From Mobula hypostoma (lineage: Eukaryota), in NCBI RefSeq assembly GCF_963921235.1, contig NC_086099.1, forward strand, positions 1,984,001 through 2,048,000: a DNA stretch of 64,000 bases. Reading direction: 5' to 3'. Positions 37,165 to 49,169 of the stretch are shown in pieces; position 1 is the stretch's first letter; each line of letters starts with the position of its first letter. Both the position numbers and the translations under genes were made by a program. The notes below the pieces were generated by a model that did not search any database, had not been told where the DNA came from, and worked only from the letters and a program-made list of their open reading frames with translations.

Positions 37165-38790
37165 TTGGGGGGGTGAGGAACAGAAGAGGGGAAGGTGGGG
37201 AGGTGGTGGGCGAGGGGAAGGTGGAGAGGGGGTGGTGAGGAGGGGACGGTGGAGTGGGGTGGTGGGGAGGTGAGGTGATGGGAAAGTGGGGAGTAGTCGG
37301 TGGGGGGGGGGGTGGAGAGCGGTGGGAGGGTGGGGAGGTGATGGGAAGCAGTCGGTGCTCCGAATGCTCGGGGTGTCAGTCGGACCGTGTCGGGGTGGGG
37401 AGAGCTGATGGGGTGGATGGGGAGTAGTCAGTGGTGGGGTGGGGAGGTGGGAGAGGTGAGGGGGTGGGGAGTAGGCGGGAGGGTGGGGAATAGACGGTGC
37501 TCTGAACGGACGGGGGTGGGGAGAGGAGGAGGGAGGGGTGGGAGGGTGGGGAGGTGATGGGGAGTAGTCGGTGGTGGGGTGGGAGGGTGGGGGGAGGTGA
37601 GGAGGGTGGAGAGGTGGGGGGAGGGGGAAGGTGAGTAGGGTGCGGGAAGGTGAGGAGGGTGGGGAGGTGGGGGAGGGGGAAGGTGAGGAGGGTGAGGAAG
37701 GAGGTGAGGGGGTGGGGAAGGAGGTGAGGGGTGGGGGAGGGAATGAGGGGGGTGGGGGAGGGGTGAAGGAGTGGGGAAGGGGGTGAGGGGGTGGGGAGAG
37801 GTGATGGGGTGGATGGGGAGCAGTCGGTGGTGCAATGGGGAAGGTGGGGGGTGGGAGGGTGGGGAGGGGGAAGGTGAGGGGAGGTGAGGGGGTGGGAGGG
37901 TGGGGAGATGGGGGGAGGGGGAAGGTGGGGAGGTGAGGGGGTGGGGAAGGGTGTGAGGGGGGGTGGGGAGGGGTGAGGGGGAGGGGGGAGGGGTGGGGGA
38001 GGGGTGAGGGAGGGGGTGAGGGGGTGGGGGAGGTGGTGAGGGGTTGGGGGGAGGTGGTGTGGGGGTGGGGGGAGGGGTGTGGGGGTGGGGAAGGAGAGGG
38101 GGTGGGGAAGGGGGTGAGGGGGTGGGGGAGGGGTGAGGGGGTGGGGAAGGAGGTGAGGGGGTGGGGAAGGGGTGAGGGGGTGGGGAAGGGGTGAGGGGGT
38201 GGGGGAGGGTGTGAGGGGTTGGGGAGGGGTGAGGGGGTGGGGAGGGGGTGGGGGAGGGGTGAGGGGGTGGGGGAGGGGTGAGGGGGGTGGGGGAGGGTGT
38301 GAGGGGTTGGGGGGGTGGGGGAGGGGTGAGGGGGTGGGGGAGGGTGTGTGGGGGTGGGGGAGGGGTGAGGGGGTGGGGGAGGGTGTGAGGGGTTGGGGGG
38401 AGGGGTGTGGGGGTGGGGGAGGAGGTGGGTGAGGGGGGGGTGGGGGAGGGGTGAGGGGGGTGGGGGAGGAGGTGGGTGAGGGGGGTGGGGGAGGGGTGGG
38501 TGAGGGGGTGGGGGAGGGTGTGAGGGGTTGGGGGTGAGGGGTGTGGGGTTGGGGGAGGGGTGGGGGGGGGGGAGGGGGTGGGGGAGGGGGAGGGGGGTGG
38601 GGGAGGGGTGTGGGGGTGGGGGAGGGGTGTGGGGGTGGGGGAGGGGTGGGGGAGGAGGTGGGTGAGGGGGGTGGGGGAGGTGGGTGAGGGGGTGGGGGAG
38701 GGGGTGAGGGGGGTGGGGGAGGAGGTGGGTGAGGGGGGTGGGGGAGGGGGTGAGGGGGTGGGGGAGGGGGTGAGGGGGGGTGGGGGGATC
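37165..38790 (+). repeat. G-rich low-complexity tract upstream of SMIM19 (second tract ~39090-39510 in intron 1)
   Basis: Dense G3-G8 runs with GGTGAGGGGG-type degenerate units; extreme G/C strand skew. Confidence 0.9.
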
Positions 38791-38969
38791 AGACGGCGCT
38801 CCGAAGGCTCGGGCAGTCAGTCGGACCGTGTCGGGCGCGGGCAGATTTCCATCGCCAGCGACGCGCCCGCACTTGGGCGCAGTTGGATGACGTAGGAGTA
38901 GCCGGTGCCGATCCGGATCGGTTGCTGAGGCCGGTGGAGAGCGGATTCGGATTCTGCTCCGGCCCCGGG

Positions 38970-39064
38970 ATGGATTACACGGTTCATGAGGCCTGGAACG
39001 ACGCCACCAACGTTTATCTGATGGCCGGGCTGCTGAGTGTCGGGTTGCTGCTTTACGCGAGGAG
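38970..39064 (+). CDS. SMIM19: SMIM19 first coding exon (includes transmembrane segment)
   Basis: [31 protein letters not shown](R) matches recalled SMIM19 [23 protein letters not shown]; ends AG|GCGAGT (GC donor, phase 2). Confidence 0.92.
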
Positions 39065-40536
39065 GCGAGTCAGGCCCGGGCCCGGTCTGGGTGGGGGGGA
39101 CGGGCGGGATCCGGGTTCCCGTCCGGGGTGGGGGTGATGGTGGGTTGGCGGGTGGGATGATGGTGAGGGGGTGGGGGGTGAGGTGGGGGTGGGGGTGGTG
39201 GGGAGAGGGGTGGGGTGAGGTGGGGGTGGTGGGGGGTGAGGTGGGGGTGGTGGGGAGAGGGGTGGGGTGAGGTGGGGGTGGTGGGGGGTGAGGTGGGGGT
39301 GGGGAGTGAGATGGGGGTGGTGGGGAGGGGGTTGGTCGTAAGGGGGCGGGGGCGGGATCCGGGTTCCTGTTGGGGGGGGTGAGGGTGGGGAGTGGGGGGG
39401 TGGGGGTTGGTCGGGGGGGGTGATGGGGAGTGGGGTGGGTGTGGGGGTGGTGGGGGGTGTGAGGGTGGGGGTGGGGGTTGGTCAGTGGGGGGGTCTGTGG
39501 ATGGGGGGCTGTCGATCGATGGGCGTCGGTGGTGGGAGAGGCGCCGCGAAATGGGGCTGAGCAGAAGCGAGGTTTCAGCAGCGGTCAGCTGGGGGGATCC
39601 GAGCGCTTCGGGACCGGTTGTAACAGTCCAGGATACTGTGTCCTGTCCTGTCTGTAGTGACCACTCAGCCTGTCCAGTGTCCCTCCAGTACCTGTGTGTG
39701 CAGCAAACCCCGATCATCACCCGAACCATAATGGTTTCTGATGGTCTGAGCAGTGCCTTGTAAAGCCTCATCATTGTTCTTATATTCTTGTCCCCTCGAA
39801 TAAATGCCAACATTGCATTCTCCTTCCTTACCATTGGGTCAATCTGCAAATTAACCTTTCAGTAATCCAGCAAAAGTCCCTTTGCACGTCAGATTGTTTT
39901 TAGAAATTCTCCCCGTTCAGAAAATATTTTGCGTCTTTATCTCTTCTACCAAACTGCATGGCCACTCGCTCTCCTGCACTCTTGTCATCTGCTGCTTCTT
40001 TGCCTTTTCTGCCAATCTGTCCAAGCCCGTACGCAGCCTACACACACAAAATGCTGCAGGAACTCAGCAGGCCCAGCAGCATCTATGGAAAAAAACATTG
40101 AGAAAAAAGGCTGAGGAGTAGATTTGAAAGGTGGGGGGAGGGAGAGAGAAACACAAGGTGATGGGTGAAAGCCGGAGGGGGAGGGATGAAGTAAAGAACT
40201 GGGAGATTGATTAGTGAAAGGGATAGAAGCCATGAAAGAAAGAAGAGGGAGGGGGAGTCCCGGAGGGAGGTGGGCAGGCAGGGAGTATTCCAAAGTGGAG
40301 TATTCCGTTTGGGTAGCCACTCAGGTTGGAGGAACAACAGCTTGTCTTCTGTGTGGGTAACCTCCAACCTGATGGCATGAACATCAATTTCTCAAACTTC
40401 CAGTAATGCCCCCCACCCCTTCCCCTTCATTTCCCGTCCCCTTTTCCCTCTCTCACCTTGTCTCCTTGCAGCCAACCAGAAAAGGCTCCCTTTATTCCCA
40501 CTCTCTGCCTCCTGCCAATCAGCCACTGCTCTAGCC

Positions 40537-42665
40537 ATAGAAATCATAGAAACTACAGCAAAGAAACAGGCCTTTTGGCCCTTCTTGGCTGTGCCGAACC
40601 ATTTTCTGCCTAGTCCCACTGACCTGCACACGGAACATATCCCTCCATACACCTCCAATCCATGTATCTGTCCAATTTATTCTTAAATGTTAAAAAAGAA
40701 CCTGCATTTACCACCTCGTCTGGCAGCTCATTCCATACTCCCACCACTCTCTGTGTGAAGAAGCCCCCCCCCTAATGTTCCCTTTAAACTTTGCTCCCCT
40801 CACCCTAAACCCATGTCCTCTGGTTTTTTTCTCCCCTTGTCTCAGTGGAAAAAGCCTGCTTGCATTCACTCTATCTATACCCATCATAATTTTATATACC
40901 TCTATCAAATCTCCCCTCATTCTTCTACACTCCAGGGAATAAAGTCCTAACCTATTCAACCTTTCTCTGTAACTGAGTTTCTCAAGTCCCGGCAACATCC
41001 TTGTAAACCTTCTCTGCACTCTTTCAACCTTATTAATACCCTTCCTGTAATTTGGTGACCAAAACTGAACACAATACTCCAGATTCGGCCTCACCAATGC
41101 CTTATACAACCTCATCATAACATTCCAGTTCTTATACTCAATACTTTGATTAATAAAGGCCAATGTACCAAAAGCTCTCTTTACGACCCTATCTACCTGT
41201 GACGCCACTTTTAGGGAATTTTGTATCTGTATTCCCAGATCCCTCTGTTCCACTGCACTCCTCAGTGCCTTACCATTAACCCTGTATGTTCTACGATGGT
41301 TTGTCCTTCCAACGTGCAATACCTCACACTTGTCAGTATTAAACTCGATCTGCCATTTTTCCAGCTGGTCCAAGTCCCTCTGCAGGCTCTGAAAACCTTC
41401 CTCACTGTCTACTACACCTTCAATCTTTGTATCATCAGCAAACTTGCTGATCCAATTTACCACATTATCATCCAGATCATTGATATAGATGACAAATAAC
41501 AATGGACCCAGCACTGATCCCTGTGGCACACCACTAGTCACAGGCCTCCACTCAGAGAAGCAATTCTCTACCACCACTCTCTGGCTTCTTCCATCGAGCC
41601 AATGTCTAATCCAATTTACCACCTCTCCATGTATACCTAGCGACTGAATTTTCCTAACTAACCTCCCATGCGGGACCTTGTCAAAGGCCTTACTGAAGTC
41701 CATGTAGACAATATCCACTGCCTTCCCTTCATCCACTTTCCTGGTAACCTCCTCGAAAAACTCCAATAGATTGGTCAAACATGACCTACCATGCACAAAG
41801 CCATGTTGACTCTCCCTAATAAGCCCCTGTCTATCCAAATGCTTGTAGATTCTGTCTCTTAGTACTCCCTCCAATAACTTACCTACTACTGACGTTAAAC
41901 TCACCGGCCTATAATTTCCCGGATTACTTTTCGATCCTTTTTTAAACAACAGAACAACATGAGCCACTCTCCAATCCTCCGGCACTTCACCCGTAGACAG
42001 CGACATTTTAAATATTTCTGCCAGGGCCCCTGCAATTTCAACACTAGTCTCCTTCAAGGTCCAAGGGAACACCCTGCCAGGTCCCGGGGATTTATCCACT
42101 TTAATTTTCCTCAAGACAGCAAGCACCTCCTCCTTTTCGATCTGTACAGTTTCCATGATCTCACTACTTGTTTCCCTTAATTCCATAGACTTCATGCTAG
42201 TTTCCTTAGTAAATATAGACGCAAAAAACCTATTTAAGATCTCCCCCATTTCCTTTGGTTCCGCACATAGCCGACCACTCTGATCTTCAAGAGGACCAAT
42301 TTTATCCCTTACAATCCTTTTGCTCTTAATATACTTGTAAAAGCTCTTTGGATTATCCTTCACTTTGACTGCCAAGGCAACCTCATGTCTTCTTTTAGCC
42401 CTCCTGATTTCTTTCTTAAGTATTTTCTTGCACTTCTTATACTCCTCAAGCACCTGATTTACCCCGTTTCCTATACATTTCATACAACTCCCTCTTCTTC
42501 TTTATCAGAGTTGCAATATCCCTTGAGAACCAAGGTTCCTTATTCCTATTCACTTTGCCTTTAATCCTGACAGGAACGTACAAATTCTGCACTCTCAAAA
42601 TTTCTCCTTTGAAGGCTTCCCACCTACCGATCACATCTTTGCCAGAGAACAACCTGTCCCAATAC
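40537..42665 (-). mobile_element. Relatively young 5'-truncated CR1 ORF2 (591-aa open RT region) in SMIM19 intron 1
   Basis: RT motifs uninterrupted over 40708-42483; TTCTATG-type tail. Confidence 0.93.
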
Positions 42666-43906
42666 ACGCTTTTTAGAATCTTTCATGCAACACCATGGAC
42701 TCATAGTTTGTAAAGCAGCCTCGTGTGGCAGCTTGTCAAAGGCTGTCTGAAAATCCAAGTTCACAACACTAGCCGATTCTCCTTTGCCTACCCTGCTTGT
42801 TATTTCTTCAAAGAACTCCAACAATTTGTCAGGCAAGATATTCCCTTGAAGAAACCATGCTAACTGCGACCTGTTTTATCATGTGTCTCCAGTGCAAAGG
42901 AGATGTGTATGGCAAGTTTTTATTTTATTTTATTTTATTTATGGCAAATATGTAGGTTTACCTTTATAATTTTATCCTAGTTGCACATAGGGATACGGGG
43001 AAAAGGCAGGAGATTGGGGCTGAGAGGAAAATTGGATTGTCCATGACGAAATGGCGAAGCAGATGCAGTCAGCTGAATGTCCTAATTCTTGTCCTATATT
43101 TTATGATCTTGTGTACAATACCTCCAATTATCCCCTCACTCCCTTCCTCCGTCTCATCACCCTCGTACCTTTGTTCTACCCTCACACTCTGTCTGTAAGT
43201 GTGAGGTGGTTCAAGTTGGTAGGTCAAATAGGATAGCAGAATATAGTATTAATGGTAAGACTCTTGGCAGTGTGGAGGGATCAGAGGGATCTTGGGGTCT
43301 GAGTCCTTAGGACACTGAAAGCAGCTGCGTAGGTTGACTCTGTGGTTAAGGAGGCATACGGTGCCTTCTTAACCACAGGTGTATAAGATGATGAGAGGCA
43401 TTGATCGTGTGGACAGTCAGAGGCTTTTTCCCAGGGCTGAAATGGCTGCCACAAGAGGACACAGGTTTAAGGTGCTGGGAAGTAGGTACAGAGGAGATGT
43501 CAGGGGTAAGTGTTTTACGCAGAGAGTGGTGAGTGCGTGGAATGGGCTGGTGGTGGTGGTGGATACGAGAGGGTCTTTTAAGAGATTCCTGGATGGCTAC
43601 AATGGAGCTTAGAAAAATAGAGGGCTATGTGTAAAGCCCAGGCAGTTCTAAGGTAGGGACATGCTCAGCACAGCTTTGTGGGCTGAAGGGCCTGTATTGT
43701 GCTGTAGGGTTTCCATGTTTCTATGTCTCGTTCTCTCTCTTAACCACATATATGTGATGAACACTGTGGGGAATTTACACCATATCAGCAAACATGAGAA
43801 GTTGTCTAAGTATTTGAAAGATTTTGTAATGGATTTCTAAAAGGATGAGTGGTTAAGTGACCTTATTAAATTTATTACCTTGCTGATTTGAGAGCATTTC
43901 TTTCAG

Positions 43907-44031
43907 AAATAAAAGACAGATCATGAGAATATTCACTGTCCCTCCTGCTGGTAATTCCAGTCCAGAGCCCAACTTCTATGACAACCTACAGAAGGTTCGC
44001 TTGCGTCAGCAACTGGACATGTACTCGATCG
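43907..44031 (+). CDS. SMIM19: SMIM19 second coding exon
   Basis: tttctttcag acceptor; [41 protein letters not shown] matches recalled [35 protein letters not shown]; donor G|GTAAGC; phases fit both neighbours. Confidence 0.93.
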
Positions 44032-44800
44032 GTAAGCACGTTAGGCAACCGGTTACATACCCGATTGATCAGCAACTGGACATGTACTCGATCGGTAAGC
44101 ACGTTAGGCAACCGGTTACATACCCGATTGATCAGCAACTGGACATGTACTCGACCGGTAAGCACGTTAGGCAACCGGTTACATACCCGATTGATCAGCA
44201 ACTGGACATGTACTCGACCGGTAAGCACGTTAGGCAACCGGTTACATACCCGATTGATCAGCAACTGGACATGTACTCGACCGGTAAGCACGTTAGGCAA
44301 CCGGTTACATACCCGATTGATCAGCAACTGGACATGTACTCGACCGGTAAGCACGTTAGGCAACCGGTTACATACCCGATTGATCAGCAACTGGACATGT
44401 ACTCGACCGGTAAGCACGTTAGGCAACCGGTTACATACCCGATTGATCAGCAACTGGACATGTACTCGACCGGTAAGCACGTTAGGCAACCGGTTACATA
44501 CCCGATTGATCAGCAACTGGACATGTACTTGACCGGTAAGCACGTTAGGCAACCGGTTACATACCCGATTGATCAGCAACTGGACATGTACTCGACCGGT
44601 AAGCACGTTAGGCAACCGGTTACATACCCGATTGATCAGCAACTGGACATGTACTCGACCGGTAAGCACGTTAGGCAACCGGTTACATACCCGATTGATC
44701 AGCAACTGGACATGTACTCGATCGGTAAGCACGTTAGGCAACCGGTTACATACCCGATTGATCAGCAACTGGACATGTACCAGATTGGTAAGCATGTTAG
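44007..44800 (+). repeat. 63-bp tandem repeat (12 full + 1 partial copy) spanning the SMIM19 exon-2/intron-2 junction
   Basis: Unit CAGCAACTGGACATGTACTCGAyCG|GTAAGCACGTTAGGCAACCGGTTACATACCCGATTGAT starting 44007, 44070 ... 44763. Confidence 0.97.
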
Positions 44801-45170
44801 CCATGTTAGTGAAACCATTTTAGTTTTGAATTGGATAATCTCAAGTGTCTGTGTGGATGTAATAAATTAAGGAAGTAACAACAGAATAAATTATTTTTCA
44901 CTCAGAGGCCATTCTTTGGTGTAACATCACTGATGTAACTAGCATTTGTGACCTGTGTCTACCTGTGTTTGGTTGCTTCCAAAACATTTTGACCTCTTGA
45001 CTGTTCCTGAATTTAATCACTTGATCAGTGACAACTGTGCCCTCCTGCTGCTAATACCAGTCCAGAGCCCAGACTTTGGTGACAACCCCGCATTAGGGTT
45101 CACATATTTTTCAATTTTTTGCAGTTGTGGCTTTTGTATTTTTAAATGTATGTATAGTCGCTGTTGTGTT

Positions 45171-45471
45171 GGCGCGTGGCCAAGTGGTTAAGGCATTCGT
45201 CTAGTGATCTGAAGGTCGCTATTCGAGCCTTGGCTAAGGCAGCGTGTTGTGTCCTTGAGCAAAGCACTTAATCACACATTGCTCTGCGACGACACTGGTG
45301 CCAAGCTGTATGGGTCCTAATGCCCTTCCCTTGGACAACATCAGTGTCGTGGAGAGGGGAGACTTGCAGCATGGGCAACTGCCAGTCTTCCATACAACCT
45401 TGCCCAGGCCTGCGCCCGGCAAACCTTCCAAGGTGCAAATCCATGGTCTCACGAGACTAATGGATGCCTAT
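45171..45471 (+). mobile_element. Full-length tRNA-derived SINE with CORE-like centre
   Basis: A-box TGGCCAAGTGG, B-box-like TTCGAGCC, GTGTCCTTGAGCAAAGCACTTAA; 17-bp TSD TATAGTCGCT(G/A)TTGTGT (45153-45169, 45472-45488). Confidence 0.85.
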
Positions 45472-46259
45472 TATAGTCGCTATTGTGTAATAGTGTGTAG
45501 TGTATGCTGTGTTGGCCTTCATTAGTCAGGGGATTGAGTTCAAGAGCCGTGAGGTAATGTTGCCGCTCTATAAAGCTGGTTAGACCCCACTTGAAGTATT
45601 GTGTTCAGTTCTGATCGCCTCACTATAGGAGGGATGTGGAAGTTTTAGAGAGGCTGCAAGGGAGATAGAAACATAGAAACATAGAAGATAGGTGCAGGAG
45701 TAGGCCATTCGGCCCTTCGAGCCTGCACCGCCATTTATTATGATCATGGCTGATCATCCAACTCAGAACCCCGCCCCAGCCTTCCCTCCATACCTCCTGA
45801 TCCCTGTAGCCACAAGGGCCATATCTAATTCCCTCTTAAATATAGCCAATGAACTGGCCTCAACTGTTTCCTGTGGCAGAGAATTCCACAGATTCACCAG
45901 TCTCTGTGTGAAGAAGTTTTTCCTAATCTCAGTCCTAAAAGGCTTCCCCTCTATCCTCAAACTGTGACCCCTCGTTCTGGATTTACCAGGATGCTGCCTG
46001 GAATGGAGAGCATGTCTTACAAGGATAAGTTGAGTGAGCCTGGCTTTTCTCTTGGAGGCGAGGAGGACGAGAGAGAGCTGACTTAGTGGAGGTGTGTAAG
46101 ATGAGAGGTATATGAGAAACGTCGTGTGGGACAGTCAGGGTCAGGGTCGGATTCCTGGGGTGGCAATCGCCAACACTAGAAAACACCAACCTTTGCGTCA
46201 TTTGCAAATGTACTAACCCACCCTTCCACTTTCTCAACAAAATCATTTATAAAAAATCA

Positions 46260-46930
46260 CAGGTCAGTCAAGTCTGTTGTCATTTAATTTTGTACATGTA
46301 TATAACGTATATAACCATATAATGTATATAGAAATGAGACAACGTTTCTCTGAACCAGGGTGTAAAGCAGAGTAGTACACAGAACACACGATAACGTATG
46401 AAGGTACGGATAAAATCTACAGATGAATCACACTTAAATAACAAACTAAAGTGTGTTAATATTAAATATTGTAAGGTACAGAACAGATTAACCGGTGACA
46501 CTTCGAATACAATGTGGTCAGTCGGGAGTTTAGAAGCGTAATGTCCCGAGGGAAGAAACTGTTTCTCATCCTGACCGTTCTTGTTTATCTCCTGGCTGGT
46601 GGTAGAAGGTCAGAGGATGATGGACGGGTGGGATTCTTAATACTAAGGGCCCTATGCATGCAGCACTCCTGATAAATGTTCCCGATGGATGGTAGGGAGA
46701 CTCCTGTGATCCTCTCGGCCGTTCTCACAGTCCTTTGTAGGGACTTCTGGTCGGATGTTCCACTGCTCCCATTCCAGATGGAGCTGCAGTTCATCAGGGC
46801 GCTCTCCACGGTGCCCCTGTAAAACGCAGTTACGATGGGGTGTGGAGGCCGTGTCTCAACCTTCTCAGGGAGGGGAGGCGATGCTGTGCCGTCTTGTTCA
46901 GGGAGGTTATGTTATGGGACCGGGTGAGGT
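46260..46930 (-). mobile_element. Rex1/L2-type LINE 3' fragment
   Basis: KSLQRTVRTAERITGVSLPSI motif; GACT-type tail. Confidence 0.7.
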
Positions 46931-47426
46931 AATCTGTGATGTAGAGGTCCCAGAACACAACTGGTTACAGACCTCCAGGCAGAATACCCTCCATCTACAA
47001 CCACCCTCTCCCTTCTGCGGGCAATCTCATTCTGAATCCACGGAGCCGAATTTCTCTGGAACCCCTGCCTCCTGACCTTCTGAATGAACCTGCCAATGGC
47101 AACCTTATCAAACACCTTACTAAAATCGTTATCCACTACATCCACTGTTCTATCTTCATCAGTCACACCCTCAAAGATTATAACTATGATCAGCTGCTAA
47201 TTCTTTATTTGTAGTTGTCTATAATCTCAGCAAGTTTCTTTGTATTGGATCTTTGCTCTAGTCAACTAAGATTCTTCCCAAATCCAGACTTGTGATTTAA
47301 CGTACCAATCTGCGAGCTGAAATAAGACTTTTAATAAAATATTTTTATATTTTACTAATAATTTCAAAAGTAAGGTAGTTCTGCTTTCATTTTAGGTATA
47401 TTAACATGTTGATTTGATCATTTCAG

Positions 47427-47485
47427 CACGCAAGTACGAGCAAGAGCAGGGACAGTTGGACAGTGTGCAGCTTACAATGGAATGA
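47427..47485 (+). CDS. SMIM19: SMIM19 last coding exon
   Basis: catttcag acceptor; (A)RKYEQEQGQLDSVQLTME* matches recalled [20 protein letters not shown]; spliced CDS 95+125+59=279 nt (92 aa plus stop). Confidence 0.92.
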
Positions 47486-47631
47486 CACTTGCAGTACCAT
47501 CGCTGGTAGAAGTAGAAGAATGTGTGGGACAGTTGCACGAGCTAGAAAACCCAGTAAAGTGCTCCTTCAAAGCCTGCAATTGGTGGGGAAATGCTGGGAA
47601 TTGAACCTTTAATACACACATCTACAGGACT

Positions 47632-47637
47632 AATAAA
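47632..47637 (+). terminator. Candidate SMIM19 polyadenylation signal (another AATAAA at 48793)
   Basis: AATAAA ~150 nt after the stop codon. Confidence 0.4.
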
Positions 47638-49169
47638 CGAGAGACATAGAGGTTACTGCCCACCTCACTAAAAATATTTTTCCATCCTTCACGTCTAACA
47701 GCAATCATGTCAATTGTGAAAATTTTCTCCTGACAAATATGGAAAAGGGATTCAAGATCCCCAGTACGCTGGTGTTAATAGTTTTATGTAGAGTACCATG
47801 ACCAACCCAAAGGTCTCGAAGTTTGTATTACTGGGTTACTGAGAATGTCTGTTTGTTTTTGAGGATTGAATTTGTTATGAATGACTGGATTGTTTTCAAT
47901 TAGGAGTTAAATCAAGCAGCTCCAATATAAGATTCCTACATACAGAGCTTGGTTTAACATAAACAAAAATGTCTTGGTCAAAGTGCAACTTTGTTATAGA
48001 ACATTCGGCCCACTGTGTTGTGCTGACCTTAGAATCTACTCTAAAATTCCTTGGTAACTCTTCCCTCCCACATAATCCTCCATTTCTGCCTATCTGGAGT
48101 CTGTTAAATTTCCCCTGTGCATCTGCTTCTCCCGCCAACCCTGCTCTAGCTACTCTGTGCATTTAAAAAGCACCTACCTCTGTCATCTATTCTATCTTGT
48201 CAGACATGTTACTGATACTTGGTATAACATTCTAATTCATCGTAAAAGTTAGAATTATATGACTTGTAAAAGAAGAAATAATCTTCACTGAATTGTTTTT
48301 AAATGAAAATATTCTGATCAATGGTCAGATAATTTTCTGTTTTTCCTTTTCGACAACTATTGATGTGTCCATGGGCATTTGTGGATTAGAGTGTCATTTT
48401 GCCTTTCAGCAGGGTTACCAGCTAATGAGCCAGGATGAGAAGTGCAATCTCAGCTCTATCTCTGCAGCCACTGGAATCGCAGACAAATGTAAATTAATTC
48501 AGGACTTGACGGACTTTGAATTAAGATATTTCTGATCTGTTTGCTATTCAGTGTGCACATCCTAGGGCAGGCATCTTCAGGAATTCGTGCATCAGTAATT
48601 TTTCAGCTACCTGAGGAGGTTGTTTTGATGGTATGTTTCTGAATGGTAACTTGGGTTTGGTTGTGATTTATCCTAGGTTTGACCCCAAAAACAAATGGAC
48701 AGCAACTCTGCTCCGCAAATTACATTTCAGTCAGTGTTAATTTGACTGGGTGAAAATTTATGCTTTGTTTGAAAATATCTGAAAATGTTATCAATAAAAT
48801 ATTTTAATTGACTCTCAATTAGAGTGTTAATATTTTTGTTTATATCATTGTTTTCTGATTTATGTAGGAGGAAGTGCCAATTATTTTTGTATAGACAGTA
48901 GTTTTATCTGGACTTCACACATCAAAGATTAGATTCAACGGAGTTTACCTCAGCCAGATGCCTGGTGGTCAAAGAATTCTAATAGTCACAATTTTAAGTC
49001 AACAATTTAGCTGAGAGAACTAAATGTCATATTTCCAAGTTTAACAGTGATATACAAAAACTGTGGAAGCTGAGTACTGGACAGTGTGTAAAGAGACTTG
49101 GAAATACAGAGATGCTGAGTGAGTGGTGAGAAAATAGCGGGAAGCAAAATTATTGGAAATGATTGAGAA

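Noticed and set aside
40708-42483. Active or domesticated reverse transcriptase gene
   Set aside because: 5'-truncated CR1 lacking endonuclease and ORF1, with a frameshift near the C-terminus
44007-44800. CRISPR-like appearance of the regular repeats (also the 60-bp and 36-bp arrays)
   Set aside because: No unique spacers, no cas genes, eukaryotic context
45171-45240. Possible tRNA gene
   Set aside because: Continues into a SINE body and is bounded by TSDs; no convincing cloverleaf
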